A stretch of DNA of 62,069 bases, the filler included, from Choristocarpus tenellus KU-1152 (Eukaryota; Protista; Phaeophyceae), in assembly GCA_964200185.2 (NCBI GenBank). It is 14 parts of 14 records of this genome, joined end to end, with 100 filler letters (N's around TTAATTAATTAA, not from the genome) between each part and the next. Parts side by side here need not be neighbours in the genome. Positions count along the whole stretch, not along the records: positions 12,129 to 15,454 come from CAXNAD020020782.1; positions 15,555 to 20,373 come from CAXNAD020012943.1; positions 20,474 to 27,679 come from CAXNAD020006537.1; positions 27,780 to 31,550 come from CAXNAD020018021.1; 10 more parts are not named here. One strand, 5' to 3'. Position numbers and translations under genes: made by a program. The notes below the pieces were generated by a model. That model did not search any database. It had not been told where the DNA came from and worked only from the letters and a program-made list of their open reading frames with translations. This document shows, piece by piece, positions 14,089 through 28,149 of the stretch; position 1 is the first letter of the stretch; every line of letters starts with the position of its first letter.

Positions 14089-16290
14089 ATCTATTTCACT
14101 TGGACACAGAAAAATACCGCTCTCTGTCTCCCTCTGTGTATGTGTGATTGAAATTTCAGGTGAGTACTGCAGTATATGTGTTGAAGATGGGTTTAACAAG
14201 AGGGATTACAGTCCTTCAAACGCAGAAGCGCTGTTTCCGACTTGTTCAACACCAAATCTTGTACGCAGAACAGTCTATCTAATCTACACTCGGAATGTGC
14301 CTCAATATACTAACGTGAAGACTACTTCACCAGGAAAACTCTACTTTTGGGGAGAAAAGGCTCCATACTAGGAAGGCTTTATCTTACAACACATCTCTTG
14401 TGTTACGTTGTGTGAGAAGTGCGTAGTAGCAATGTAAGGGGATTTTGAATTTTGTCACTGAATACCGAACGATAGTACACACCCAATGTCAATGCAATAG
14501 ATTGATGGTAGGGAAATGGTCGAGGGTGCTACACTAATGGCACATACAGGGGATTTACGCCTCGTGGTAGGACAACTGTCGTGTGCTTGGAGGATAAACC
14601 CATTTTTAATACTTCAACGACGATGACATTTCCAATTATTATATATTTTTATACACTCGGACATTTTGTAGATGTGAGAGGGGAAAAACTAATAAAAGAC
14701 AATTCAATATCATTTCTCCTCCTCCTGTTTGTTATAGTGTCCCAACGGTTAATAGCACATGAAACGGTTGGTGGATTAACAACGCTGGTTATGTCTTGTC
14801 AAAGGGTTCAGAAGTGGTTTATTCTTCCAAGCATGCCAGGACGAAAGTGTGCTGAGAGACAGACTTCGTGTAGTAGGTGGTTTGTGACAACCAGCCGCTG
14901 CCCTGTCCTTTAAGTCCTTCCCGCCACCCCTCGCGCGTGCTTTTCAAAATTATTTTGCACACAAATTACCCTTCATGTAGACCTTACCATCACAGTTGGT
15001 AGGTCGATACTATTGTTGTTATCTGGAAAAATCATCCTCTCTCGACCCTGAGCCAAAAGCCCTTCCCCGCAAAGTTTTTTTAATAGGTCTATCTATTTTC
15101 TTCGATGACAGCTGAGGTATTTGATATGGAGGTTTTCACTTCCAGTACATGCTATGTCTACCCCTTACCTTGTATTATCCCAATATTATTTTACACCCCA
15201 CTCATCGTTTGAAGGGAAGCACCTGGTCATCAACCTGCAAACAAAATAAAAGAAACAGAACAACTTCAACTCGAAATTTGGCACTACACAAACATATTTA
15301 AGAACTACTACTGCTGTATACCTACTCTGTTTGTACTACTATTTAATGCTATATATATATATATATGCAACAAAATATTATTTATATAATCTGTACTTTG
15401 AGTACATCTAACAGGGGAATCTCAAAATTGAGGAAGGCGCGGGACTATGAGGATNNNNNNNNNNNNNNNNNNNNNNNNNNNNNNNNNNNNNNNNNNNNTT
15501 AATTAATTAANNNNNNNNNNNNNNNNNNNNNNNNNNNNNNNNNNNNNNNNNNNNAAGCACCCCATCAGCCAAAAAAAAAAACACAATGCACATGGGCGTG
15601 GGAAGCAAGGGGAAGTTAAGCCACCAAATTCACCCTCACACAACCTACATGCCACTCCAGTATCACACATCAACGATTGCGTTACTTGAGATATATGTAT
15701 CTATCGACCACAACCACTTGTCGGAAGGGGGTACACACACCTCATGGTTGTAGTTCAAACGACCTCATCAACAAAAAAAACAAAAAAATACAAGTTCAAG
15801 AAAAAAAGTGATATGTGACGATCAACACGTTTTAAGCAAGTGATATCGTTTCAGTATATATACATACATTCAAATATTATAATTATTATAGCATATGCGT
15901 AGCAGTAGGACAAGTAAAACTCCGTATCATTGAAAAAAAAAGAAACCATACAGTATACATTGAGCAAACAATTCCTTTTGGAGACTACATAAAAACTACA
16001 AACTACCACCAATCGAGCTTACAAGCAAACCTTCCTCTCCAAACATACCTTGTCACACACATACACAACTCCTAACAAAACACGCACCGCCTCCTTCATA
16101 CAAAAAACCCAAGCGCGCAAAAAGAAAGTCAACAATAAAACAAATCTCAGCAACTAAAAAAGAAAAATCAACGCAAGTAAAAACATCGCGTAATTAACTT
16201 CAAGAAAAATACTACCAAAAAAAAGGTTTAAAAGAATAGAACATAAGTATTATATTATTATATATTATATATATACCCTTCCTCCCTCAC

Positions 16291-19202
16291 CTGTATCTCG
16301 TAGCTGGAGGGAGGAACCTTATCCAGCACGATCACCGGCGGCATGGAATAGTCAAGCAGAGACACAAAGCCCGAGCCAATGATAGGGAACCGCTTTGTGT
16401 GAGAACGGTAGATTTGCCTGTCCACCTCGCTAACAACAGGCTGATTCAAGACAATAGCCACCTTGATTCCCTTGCCGCCAGCCAAACTGACCTGTTCGTG
16501 CAGAAGAAATCGTGTTCATCAGGGACATTCCACTGGGGGGAGTTGCACACCAGGATGCCAACCATCGCAAAAAAAGTCGTATGATACGCACGATACAAAA
16601 AAATGTTGATGCAAGAATAGAAAACAATAACAATAATAATAATAATAATAATAATAGATAATATATTTTGTTTTGTGACAAGATTAATATCAACCGAGGT
16701 CTTAGTAGTTAGTCGAAGTAAAGTCACGTGTACCCCGTTGCAATACAATGCACTACAGAACTAACCGTAACTGTTTCCAATAAAAAATAATAATTTCTCG
16801 TCAGGACTGTAATCTGCCGAGAGAGGGAGGGTAGGGTACCGTAATCTAGCTGTCTTGTGCAGAGTAGAGTCCCGATTCCAATACCATCTCCAACAACATG
16901 CAAGTAACAGAAAAGGGACGATGCCACGTACCTCACGGTGGACAGACACCCAAGAATCACGCTGAACACAGAGTTGACTAAACCTGATCTCAGACTAAAC
17001 CTTATCTCAGACTAAACCTTATCTCAGACCAAACCTGATCTCAGACCAAACCTGATCTCAGACTAAACCTGACCTCAGACTAAAAGCTGCAGTAAAAAAC
17101 ACTCAGAAAAAAGAAAATGCTTCTCCCTCTCAAAAGAAAATCCTTGCAGACCGAACCACCTTTGAAACACATCAATCAGCACGCAAGCATCCCCCACAAT
17201 CATGACAAGAAGAAGGCGAATCACTCAGCAGCAAACAAAACACACCCATTATGCAGTACTTGCACAGGCCGATAAAAAATAGTACCACTTTTTGCTATGG
17301 TATTGTTTAATGTTTTGCAAACAAACCAAAAAGAAAAGAAAAGAAAACACTTCCATGTTCCAAATCTATCCTTTTTTTCCTTATCCATCACGTGCATTGT
17401 AGTGGTGGAAAGAAATATGTAACACTAACGCCATTCACACCTCTCCATCTCCAACGTCAATGGACATGAGCAGAAGCGTCCCCCCTTCCAAACACCACTT
17501 CTTCCCCTCATGAAGAGTGAGTTTAAGAGTGTCCTCGGACACTACATCAAGGTCATAAAAACCGGGTGAGAGCTTGGGCTCAAATGTCAGCTTCGGTGTT
17601 CCCTTAAAGCCTGAACCATAAATGGAGAGTTCAGTGCTGGTTTCCTAAATACATGGAGGCATACGTGCAAAGAAGGTTGAGACTTGGTAAGAGGGGTAGC
17701 ACAATATACATATCTCCCATTAACTTTTATTTCTAACATCAGACAAACTCTGTTGTGCACATTGCTCATCAAACTGTACATGTCTAGTCCGAACTAGTGA
17801 ATTCTGTTGAAACAAAACAAAAACACTTCAGCCCTCCTGGACGCGAAAGGCACCACCTGCTCCCAACCAACAGAACAATATCTACATCAGCCTCTTTGAT
17901 GTGTGTGCCTATACCACGCAGGAAGTCACATTTGATTCATATACACAACACACACCGATAGTGTTCACACCGAGAATAACACCCCAATAACATCCCAGTA
18001 ACTCTTTCCAATATACTCGACACCAACCTGGTACAACGCCAGTTCATTTGATGGGAAAACCGCAACCCCACTCTTGTGCGTTGTAGTGTCATCAACAACC
18101 TTGGCTACCGTCACTGGCTCTGGGAGATTCACCATACCTGCCCCAGTGTCAAGCGCCTGACACAAAAGAAAAAAGAAAAAAGTGTGAGGGAAATTTGGAA
18201 TGAGATTGAGGTGGTGAGGATTGAAGTATATTCTGTATAGGGGATGGGGGATGGGGGATGGGGATGGGATGGGTGGGTAGTAGTCATCATCCACAAGGTA
18301 TTAAGACACTCAGATCATCCACAGCAGACTATTGCCCTCAGACAAATACTTGTAAAATCAAGTCGACATCAATAACCTGCAGCAACAGCGAACTAATAAA
18401 TAGTTTTGGAAAGAAATAAAAACGCATCGCAAAGAAAAGGATTTCATGAAAACGCCTGATATCTATCCAGAAATACCATCCTACACACCAGATAGAATTC
18501 ATCCAAAACGGTTCAAACACTACCAGTAACACATCTCCAGCCCATCATTTCAACTAGTACAACCTCTCTCTACCACTGCGGATTATTCCTCAACCATCCC
18601 AGCACACAATCAATGATACAATCAGTATCAACAGGAGAATACACAACACACACACACACACATACATACACACGCACACCTACAAAACAATTCTTTACGA
18701 CAAAAGAAAAATAAAATAAAATAACCATATCAGAAAATATGGTAGGCGTTAGTTGTAGCAGCACACCCTCACGGAAATGGTAATTGGGTAGGACGTATGC
18801 CTCTCGGAGCGATTCTTTCAAATAAGTAATTACTCCAGACACATAGAAATCACACTACCCCATCAGACACGATCTAGTCAACCTCAACACACCGTCAATT
18901 GTCCCGTAACGTCACCTCCATCAACGTGAACAGTCCTCAAAGGCACGTGACGAGTTCGTTACCAAGGCCTACAACATTTATCTATCATTTTTTTTATAAT
19001 TCTGTGTCTGAGTTCAATTCAAGGCCTTCCAAAATAATCCAAAATAATAATCCTCTCTCATTACTAGCATGATTCCTTGCACTCCTCCCCTTGCATACAA
19101 AAACCTAATATTTCATAGTCAATACTTCACCTTGATCTTGAGATCTCCAGTCTGGCCCTCAGCCATCCAAGCCGACGACAGAGTCAGCTTCAGTAGATCG
19201 CT
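16291..19202 (-). CDS. uncharacterised protein with tandem ~100-aa beta-rich (Ig/IPT-like?) repeats, internal fragment
   Basis: Phase-0 exons 19202-19131, 18156-18028, 17644-17441, 16491-16291 join into an open frame. Recurring motifs: (L/I)Y..T....I.GSGF, LKLTL...W, (L/I)D.G.G.V.L, VA.V. Confidence 0.8.
16976..17084. repeat. 17-bp tandem minisatellite (GACTAAACCTGATCTCA) x6.4, intronic
   Basis: Directly visible, with single-base variants and no spacers. Confidence 0.95.
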
Positions 19203-20086
19203 CTTCAAAACCTTTTAAGAAATAAAAACAAATAATTTTTTTTTATTGGGGAAAAAAGGGGGGAAACAGATGGCAGGCACTCTATAACCTGAATGAACCC
19301 AATCGCCTCCACAACGAAATGAACCCCCACATTCCAACTAAAAAAGAAAAAAAGACAATGTAAATTCAGTTGACTGTATTTCAAATGCACCACAAACACA
19401 CGTACACGCACACACTCCACGCTATGTCAAATATGTCAAGTTCAATATTTTAACAAAAACGATAGTTGTTCAATCATTTACTTCCCAACAACTTGCATTT
19501 TTCCACTTACATGTAACAATACCACCATAACTATACAGCCTAGAATTTTCCACTTACATGTAACAATACCACCCTAACTATACAACCTAGACTTTCCCCT
19601 AGCACACACACACTCACAGACCAAACACACTCCAAGATGCGTACTTATTTTCCCACCTTCGGTATCCTTTCCGCTAATAAACCATGAATATTCTTCCTCC
19701 TTCCTCATCCTCCTCTCCCCACACAACAGAAAAAATTAGAACATAAATAATTCTACCGTTCTTGCAACCATTTTTTTCATTATTTTAAAAAAGGTAGAAA
19801 ATCGCAGTCTTTTTATTCAACCGTCAACCACATCAGTAGAAACAATACCAGACCTTCATACATAGTAGACCTTGCTCTGCCAAAAAAAAAAAATTAAGCA
19901 TCAGTTATTTTTTCCTCAGAGGGGATAAGTCAAGTCAAGTCAAGTCGCATAGAAGCAGGACATCTCCCCCTTCAAACAAACATAACCACACAAAAAAAAG
20001 AATACTCAACTGAACTGTAACCGTCAACCGACACAAAATTATGTACCAAGTGCAATAAAATTCACAGTGAAATAATACTACAAAAT

Positions 20087-20198
20087 AAAATAAAAGATGA
20101 AAATAACATAAAATTTAATAATAAAATAAAAGATGAAAATAACATAAAATTTAATAATAAAATAAAAGATGAAAATAACATAAAATTTAATAATAAAA
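20087..20198. repeat. 36-bp AT-rich tandem repeat x3
   Basis: Unit aaaataaaagatgaaaataacataaaatttaataat repeated at period 36. Confidence 0.9.
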
Positions 20199-21232
20199 AA
20201 AGTCTTTAATTTCGAGTGTTTGGAAAAACTCTCAGCTTAGCTGAAACAAAACAAAACAAAACAAAACAAAAAAATTCACCATCATAGCATCGAACAGATA
20301 TATACATAGATAGATAGCGCAGTTCTTTTGTAAAAATCTCGTCACCACTTTTCCAAGTCAGAACACATTTTTTNNNNNNNNNNNNNNNNNNNNNNNNNNN
20401 NNNNNNNNNNNNNNNNNTTAATTAATTAANNNNNNNNNNNNNNNNNNNNNNNNNNNNNNNNNNNNNNNNNNNNAGACTGGGATTGATTCTTGATCTGGGC
20501 ATCATGATTTATCTTGACTCCTTCCTGGTGATAGCTAAAATCCAAGTAAAATAACTACGCAAGCACGCTTAATAGGAGTGCTATAGCATGTTAAGTTGTC
20601 GTTGACGATCTGTTGTCCCACACAACTAGCTATATTATTGTTTATTAACTTGTACCACAGTTAAGAAGAGAGTGAGATACCTGCACTAGGTGGGGCTCAC
20701 CAATCCTAACATTGAATCTATTTCCCTTCAGAAACACTCCGACTCTAATAGTCCGTCGGTTTCTTCCGATCAAATACCCTAACCCTAAATATCCCGAATG
20801 TTCCGCATTATCTTCTGTGCGTATATAAAATAATACTTCCAATCATATTCTCATAAATGGTCAAGCATAATCTTGACAATATATATATACTGTCACGGTA
20901 TGTAACTACTTACTACTGTAACTAATTACTACTGTAACTAATTACTACTGTCTTATTATACTCCTGCTCCTGCCTGCCCTAATTTCATTCCTTCTTGCTG
21001 CATGTATATATATATATATATATTGCAAATGATAAAAAAATATATGATAATACTTCTGATGCATGTTTTTTTGGTTTATTTATTTATTGTATATGTGCAT
21101 ATTTGTAAATGCTTAAAAAGAATGTACGATAATACTTCTGATACATGTTTTTTTTGGTTAATTTATTGTGTGTATATGCATATAATATATATATATATTT
21201 CTTTTTTGGGGGGGGGGGACGAAAAAATAAAG

Positions 21233-21451
21233 GGATTGGTTCCAGCTGACCTTGAAGGAGGGGCTCACAGTGTTCCGTGACCAGATCTTCTCAGGGGACA
21301 TGGGCTCGCATGCTATCAAACGTATCGAGGTGAGGAATGAAACCAAGAAGGAGGAGAGAGGGCAAGGGGATAAGGTGTTGTTTTGAGGACTGGCTCTTTC
21401 CTGTCCTTGTAGGGCTGTTTGTTGCTCTTAGTGTCCCTTTGTAAAAAAGAA

Positions 21452-21483
<32 letters not shown>

Positions 21484-24259
21484 ATTTTTTGCCTGTGAGA
21501 CGGGTACGTGTGTACACAAAAAAATGTTTTTCTATTATGTGGATAGGGATTTTTTGTCGTGTGACACGTGTTATTGTCACACGTGTTGTTGTGAGTGGAG
21601 GCTAGCTAGTCCGGTGAAGGGGCAGTCTGCTCTTACTTGTTTTTGTCTTTTAAAGAAAATAAATTAAACCCGAGTGTATTTGAACACTTACAAAAAAAAT
21701 GGAATGAAAAAAAAAGTGTTTTGGTTTGGTCAGCGGTTTGGTATGACTAATAAAAAAAAACCCTGCAATGGTGTGTGGTATATGTGGAATTTAGTTGTAC
21801 TGTTGAGAGGTAAATATCAATATATATATAGAGAGGCATAACACCCTGTTGACTGCCAGTTTCCTAATTGATAAAAAGGAGGGTGTTCCTGGATTAGTGG
21901 GTGGCCTGCCATGAGTAGGCCGATTATTGACTCCTATTTATTACAAGGGTATATTTGCATTACGCATGTGCTTCTTTATATGTATGTATGTGTGTATGTA
22001 TGTATGTATGTATGTATGCATATGTGTGTATTATGTGTATGTTGTATGTATATATATGTACGTTTGTGTGTATATGTGTGTGTATTATGTGTATGTATGT
22101 GTGTACATATGAAAGATGATGCGATGCTCTTGTTTGTGTCAACTCTCACACAGAAAACACACGCATTTCCTCTTGCCTTTCACTCTCTCACTCACACACA
22201 GGATGTCCGGAGCCTCAGGGGTCGTCAATTTGTAGAGGACGCAGGTCCCTTGTCTCATCCCATCCGCCCTGAGTCGTACGTGGCCATGGACAACTTCTAT
22301 ACCGCCACTGTTTATGATAAGGGTGCAGAGGTAGGTTGGGCATGATGCTTTCAATCAGAGGACTAATCGATGAGATTTTTTTTTAATCAAATCAAGTCAA
22401 TTCGATTTTTTTTTTTTCATTGCATGCTTGCTTCGCTTGCCATGCCTGGTGCGTTGCTCGCAGAGCTCAGTTTCAGCGGTTGACCCTCCTGCCGTTCCGG
22501 CATCAAGTCCTCCATCATTTTTTTTTTGGTTGTCCACTTTCTTCTCACAACATGTGTGGTGATGGTGTGTGTATTTGTGTTTGTATTTAGTTATATATGT
22601 ATATATTATGTATTTGTGTATGTATCTGTATGTTTGTATTATGTATGTACATATGTATGTATGTATTTATGTATGTGTGTATATATATGTGTATGTTTTA
22701 ATGTATGTGTGCATGTATGTATGTATGATATATGTATGTATTTATGTATGTTTGCATGTATTTGTATGTTTTAATGTATGTATGTATGATATATTTATGT
22801 ATTTATGTATGTGTATATATATGTGTATGTTTTAATGTATGTGTGCATGTATATATGTATGATATATTTATGTATTTATGTATGTGTATATATATGTGTA
22901 TGTTTTAATGTATGTGTGCATGCATGTATGTATGATATATTTATGTATTTATGTATGTGTATATATATGTGTATGTTTTAATGTATGTGTGCATGCATAT
23001 ATGTATGATATATTTATGTATTTATGTATGTGTGCATATATATGCGTATGTGTGTACATAGGTGATCCGCATGTATCATACATTGGTTGGGAAGGAGGGC
23101 TTCCGGAAAGGGATGGATCTGTACTTTAAGAGACACGATGGCCAAGCAGTCAGTTGCAATGAATTCCGGGCAGCTATGGCTGATGCCAACGAGGTCGACC
23201 TTGAGCAGTTCGAGCAGTGGTATCTGCAGGTGTGTGGGGTTGTTTAGCTACTTACATACTTGCATGTGTGTATATGTTTTTGTTTTTTCTTAGATTCACT
23301 TGTCCTGCTTGAAGGGAATGCGAGGTTGGGGTGTAGTTGGAAAATGTTTTGTATTGTGTACGGGGGCGTTTGTGCTCTGATGATAGGAGGTGGTGTCTTG
23401 TTGAGATTGAGAGGTTGAAGGATTGCTAATGTGTGATGTAGTAGTGGGGTGGTGTGAGGAGTTGGGGTTAGGGTGTCTTTGAGTATTTATTTATGAGAGG
23501 ATCTTTTGTCATGATGTTGGTGTTTGAATAGTTTTATGTGTGTCTGTCTGATGATGTGGTGTTTCACATGTGTATGTGTATGTATGTGTATGTATGTGTC
23601 TGTATGTCTGCATGTATGCATGTATGTATATATATTCACAGTAATGTACTTATGCATGCACAAATTGTGTTTTTAGTGGTCCCAATTATTAATTTGGTGT
23701 CAAAATAGTTACCATTATCACTAATATTTGGTGTACTTTGTGAAGTATGTAAGAATGTGAAATATGCTGTGCCATGGGGTGGGGTGGGGTGGTGGGCGTG
23801 GGTGAGCAAACAAGCAAGTGCGTGTGGTGTAGTGGTGATGGTGACACTAAACATGTATGAACCAAATGTACACTATAAAAAAAAGAAGTAAAAGGTTTGG
23901 AGGTGAACTGTCTTTCTGACCTCCGCTCATAGATACCCTCCATCCCTTTCTTTTTTTCTTAGTTTCATCTCTCCTATTTGCTTGCTGCATGCAGAGATGC
24001 GTATGTGTCTATGCTGTAGACATGCCAATCAATTTTCAGTTGATTTACCGTGAAATGACTATCTACCACTATTAACGCTATTAGCGGTTGCCTTGGCTTG
24101 CAGTGTATGCTTGATTCGTTTTGTTCGTTGAGAGTTAGCCCTAACCCTAGCCTGTGTGGTTTTTGATCGGCAGCCCTAACTCTAACCCTAACCCTAAGAA
24201 AGGAAAGATCACTTACAACCCCGGCAGCATATGTATGAGGAATCTTGATCTGGGCCTAC

Positions 24260-24293
<34 letters not shown>

Positions 24294-27042
24294 TCAGTGT
24301 ATGGATGTAGATGTGTATATATGAATGCATGGATGCACAAACTTTCTGATTAGCCTATGTACGTATAGTATGTACGTATAGTATGTATGTATAGTATGTA
24401 TGTATAGTGCATACTGCCTACCCAAGGTGCGAAACGTCAACTCTTGCTCCCTGCTTGATTAATAACTTATTTTCTTTTTCCTTTTTTCTTTTCTTTTTCT
24501 TATTTTCTTTTTTTGTAACTGTTATCCAACTCTCAGTCAGGCACGCCTGAGGTGAAGGCTAGTGGGGAGTATGACACAGAGGCTAAGGTGTACAAGCTAA
24601 CCTTGAAGCAGAGCTTGCCTGCTAAGGCTGGTAAGGGTAAGGGTAATGAGGAGGGAGGCAGTGATGGCTGTGACACCCAACTGACACCCCCCATGCACAT
24701 TCCGGTTGTTGTGGGTCTGCTTCTCAAGGAGAGTGGTTCCGAGGTAAGAAGTCGCAGATGGCCTTCTGTTGTGCACGAGCACATGTTGTTATACACACAT
24801 ACATACGTGATGGGTATGTTACGTCCTTGGCTATGCCCACATAGTATGTAGTACACATGCTGTTATACATACATGATGCATTCATTTGCGTATGTTTGTA
24901 TGTGTGTGGTTGTATGTATGTCATAGCTTTGGCTATGCCCACTCAGTATGTAGTTTCAAGGATGGGTTAATGTAATAGTTTTTTTTTCCTATTTTGTGCA
25001 GGTTAGCAATATTTTCTTTTTTTTTATCGTATGTAATTTTTTGGGGTGATAGCTTGAAGTGTTCTTGGTGTGGAACAAAAACCCAAGTTTTATTGGCGAT
25101 GTAGCTTGTCTCAACACTATGATGTCATCATCGCAGATGTATGAATGTGTCTCAACACTTGATTCAACACTCTTATGTCTATGTAACACTTGACTCAACA
25201 CTATGTATACATACAGGTATGTATGTATGTATGTCTCACCACTCTTATGTCTCACCACTCTTATTTCGAGTCTCAGCACCATGTGTGAGTAAGACAGTAA
25301 GCCTAGCTTATAGGGTGCATCTTTATTATTTTTTTTGTTTTTTTTCAGGCTTGTAACTTCGTATGAGAATGTTGCTGCTATTATGTGGTAGTAATTTAGT
25401 TTTTGAGCTAGGGTGTAGACAAATTAAGGTACTTTTATTTTTATTACCTTTGATTTAAAAAAAAGAAGGTATTATGTTAAGGGAGTAATTGTACCACTCT
25501 GTAGTATCATGCAGTACATTCTTCTTCTTCTTCTTATTGTTATTATTTTGTACAATGTGAATTGATTGTAGTGCAGTAGGTCATCCGCTTCGAGGCCAGG
25601 TCGTGCCAAGCGAAAAAAGACATCCTCCCTGACTTATCTTTCTTTTTTTTAATGCTACGATAACTTAACTACTCACCAAAGCCCATCTCCCCACCTATAG
25701 CCCTCTCTCTCTGTGTGTGTTTCTGTTTTTAGCTGCATGTTATCTTACAAATTACTCCCTTTGTTTCATTGGTTCTTTTGTCTTACAACTAGTCTTCCTT
25801 CTCCCCCCTCCCAACACCCTCCCCACCCTAACGATGTTTTTATTTTTGTGTGTGGAAAGGTGGTTCCATCAACAGTCCTTGAACTCAAGGAACATGAGCA
25901 GACGTTCACCTTTGAAGGCGTTGTTTCAGAGCCAATCCCGTCGCTGCTTAGGGACTTCTCTGCACCGGTCAAGCTACGTTACCCCTATACTGATGCTGAC
26001 CTCGCCTTCTTGATGAAGCATGACACGGATTCGTTCAACAGATGGGAAGCAGGCCACCAGGTATAGATACACAAACATACATACATACATACATACATAC
26101 ATACATACATACATACATACATACATACATACATACTCCGAGTTTTTTTTTTTTTTGAAAGTATAAAATCTTTTTAACTGTTGATTAAGAACAAGATAGT
26201 ATTAACAATATAGTACTAACAAGATAATACTAACAACGACATGAGGGCAGCCTACTTAGGGTTAGGGTTTGCTGCCGGCAACCATGGCCACGCCAGTTTT
26301 TCAATGACCACACAATTTTTATCTCTATGAAAACCTGTTGTTGCAGCAGTTCCTTGTCTCGCCCCAAGCTAATTGTAGTTATCAATAAAGCGGTACTTAC
26401 AGTCATTACTCACACTGGGGTTGGATGGGATTTTTTTTGTTTTTCCTGTTTATTGTTCCTTTATGTTATTTCTGTTCTTTTATTGTTCACGTTGTTTCTG
26501 TTTATTGTTTCTTTTTATTATTTTTCTTTTCTTTTCGTTGTTTCTTTTTTTTTTATCCTTGTTATTTTTTGCACGCCCCACCTGTGTTGTCTGCTGGTCT
26601 TGTTTGCCCTTGCAAAATCTTCAGCTGAGCACGCGCGTGATTCTGGGCATGGTGGAGGAGGTAAAGGAGGGCAAGGAGCCAGGACCGGTGCCGGCAGCCC
26701 TCGTGGATTCCTTCCGCTCCACCTTGATGCAGGTGAGTGACCCTTTTTTTGATAAAAATAAAATAAAAAATAGACCCGTAAGTAATGTGTTTAAACAGGC
26801 CGGTTAGTTGTGTGTGTGTGTGTGTTAACTTTTGTTTTCTGAGGTAAGTTCTTGGATCGTTATCTTGTGAATTGTATCGGAACGTTCTATTTTTGTATTA
26901 TTTTTACTTTTATTTTTTTCTACTTGTTTGTATATTTATGTTTTTGTATGTACAGTGTGTGCCTGTGTTATGTGTTACGTGTTATGTGTTATGTGTTTGC
27001 ATGGCACCACTTGGACTCTTCCTGCCTGTCCAAAGGGAGCGG

Positions 27043-27082
<40 letters not shown>

Positions 27083-27248
27083 TTTTTCCTTTACTGAGTT
27101 TTTTATTCTTATTTTCTTATTTTTGTCTTGAATAACAGGAGGGGATGGACATGTCCCTTCAGGCCTATGCCCTTGGTCTGCCAAGTGCAGGCACTCTGTC
27201 GGAGGAGATGGAAGTCATTTTCCCTGACGAGCTATGCACTGTGCTGAG
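21233..27248 (+). CDS. pepN: M1 aminopeptidase N (bacterial/plant PepN type), internal fragment
   Basis: Exons 21233-21329, 22202-22330, 23062-23229, 24537-24743, 25860-26060, 26625-26732, 27139-27248. Motifs [82 protein letters not shown]. Confidence 0.97.
22560..23058. repeat. TGTA-microsatellite-derived higher-order repeat (~70-75-bp unit) in a pepN intron
   Basis: Recurring atgtatgatatatttatgtatttatgtatgtgtatatatatgtgtatgttttaatgtatgtgtgcatg. Confidence 0.75.
24138..24196. repeat. interstitial telomere-like (CCCTAA)n
   Basis: ccctaaccctag...ccctaactctaaccctaaccctaa. Similar tracts at 26256-26270, 46545-46590 and 60364-60391. Confidence 0.7.
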
Positions 27249-27779
27249 GTAAAGAGCTGTTATCTAGAACCATTGTTAGGAACAGGAGACACTGCACCTA
27301 GTTGTGTCTGTATACTATAATGCTGTGTACATGTTCATCCTACTGCTACATAGACACACCCTAAAAAAAAGAAGAAAATTCTTCTCACTTCAAAAAATAA
27401 AAATAAAAAGGTGAAAGTGCCGGCTTGAAACAAAAAAATATATGTTTGTGTTTAAATTTGCTTGCATTCAGAAGGCGGAGATATTGAACTGATCCCCCCC
27501 CCGCCTCCCCCTTCCTCTACCCACCCACCCCCCTCCTTGCACCAACCAATTAATTGCTCTCGTCTCCATCACTGACAAAAAATAAAAATCTTTTCACAAC
27601 CGAGTGAGGGGTGAAAAAAAAAGAAGCAGTTTCCTATCATTATATGCCACACAATCCCCTCACCCTACCCCCACCCCCCNNNNNNNNNNNNNNNNNNNNN
27701 NNNNNNNNNNNNNNNNNNNNNNNTTAATTAATTAANNNNNNNNNNNNNNNNNNNNNNNNNNNNNNNNNNNNNNNNNNNN

Positions 27780-27800
27780 CCCCCCCAGATACTTTGGGTC
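27780..27800 (-). mobile_element. MITE family C terminus (GACCCAAAGTATCTGGGG) at contig start
   Basis: Same or near-identical terminus at 31651-31686 (-), 39969-39993 (+) and 59408-59427 (+); related termini at 35988, 47141 and 50932. Confidence 0.75.
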
Positions 27801-28149
27801 CAAGATCACTCTGCGTTAAGTGTACCTGATACACACCTGCATGCCATATATTCCGAGCTAAAACATCCAAAGAAACCCTTGTCCATCAAGGTAACAAGCC
27901 TCTTCTTAGAGCATGCATTTCTTCCTTTGAGTGTATCAAGGAAGATAACTGAATTCACATAATCCATCTTGTGACTGAGCGAGCAATGACCTCAGTTTCA
28001 ACAGAACAAATTCACCGGTGCTTCGCGGCACTATGGCACCTCTTCACATCACAAATTAATCATCCACACGAAATCACGACTCAATCGATTCAGGTTTCAA
28101 CATCTATGTCCAACAATGCTATCAATAGTGTACTGGCCAATAACAGGTT

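Noticed and set aside
16976-17084. 17-bp (and 14-bp at 60830) arrays as CRISPR
   Set aside because: Head-to-tail repeats with no unique spacers, no cas genes, and a eukaryotic intronic context.
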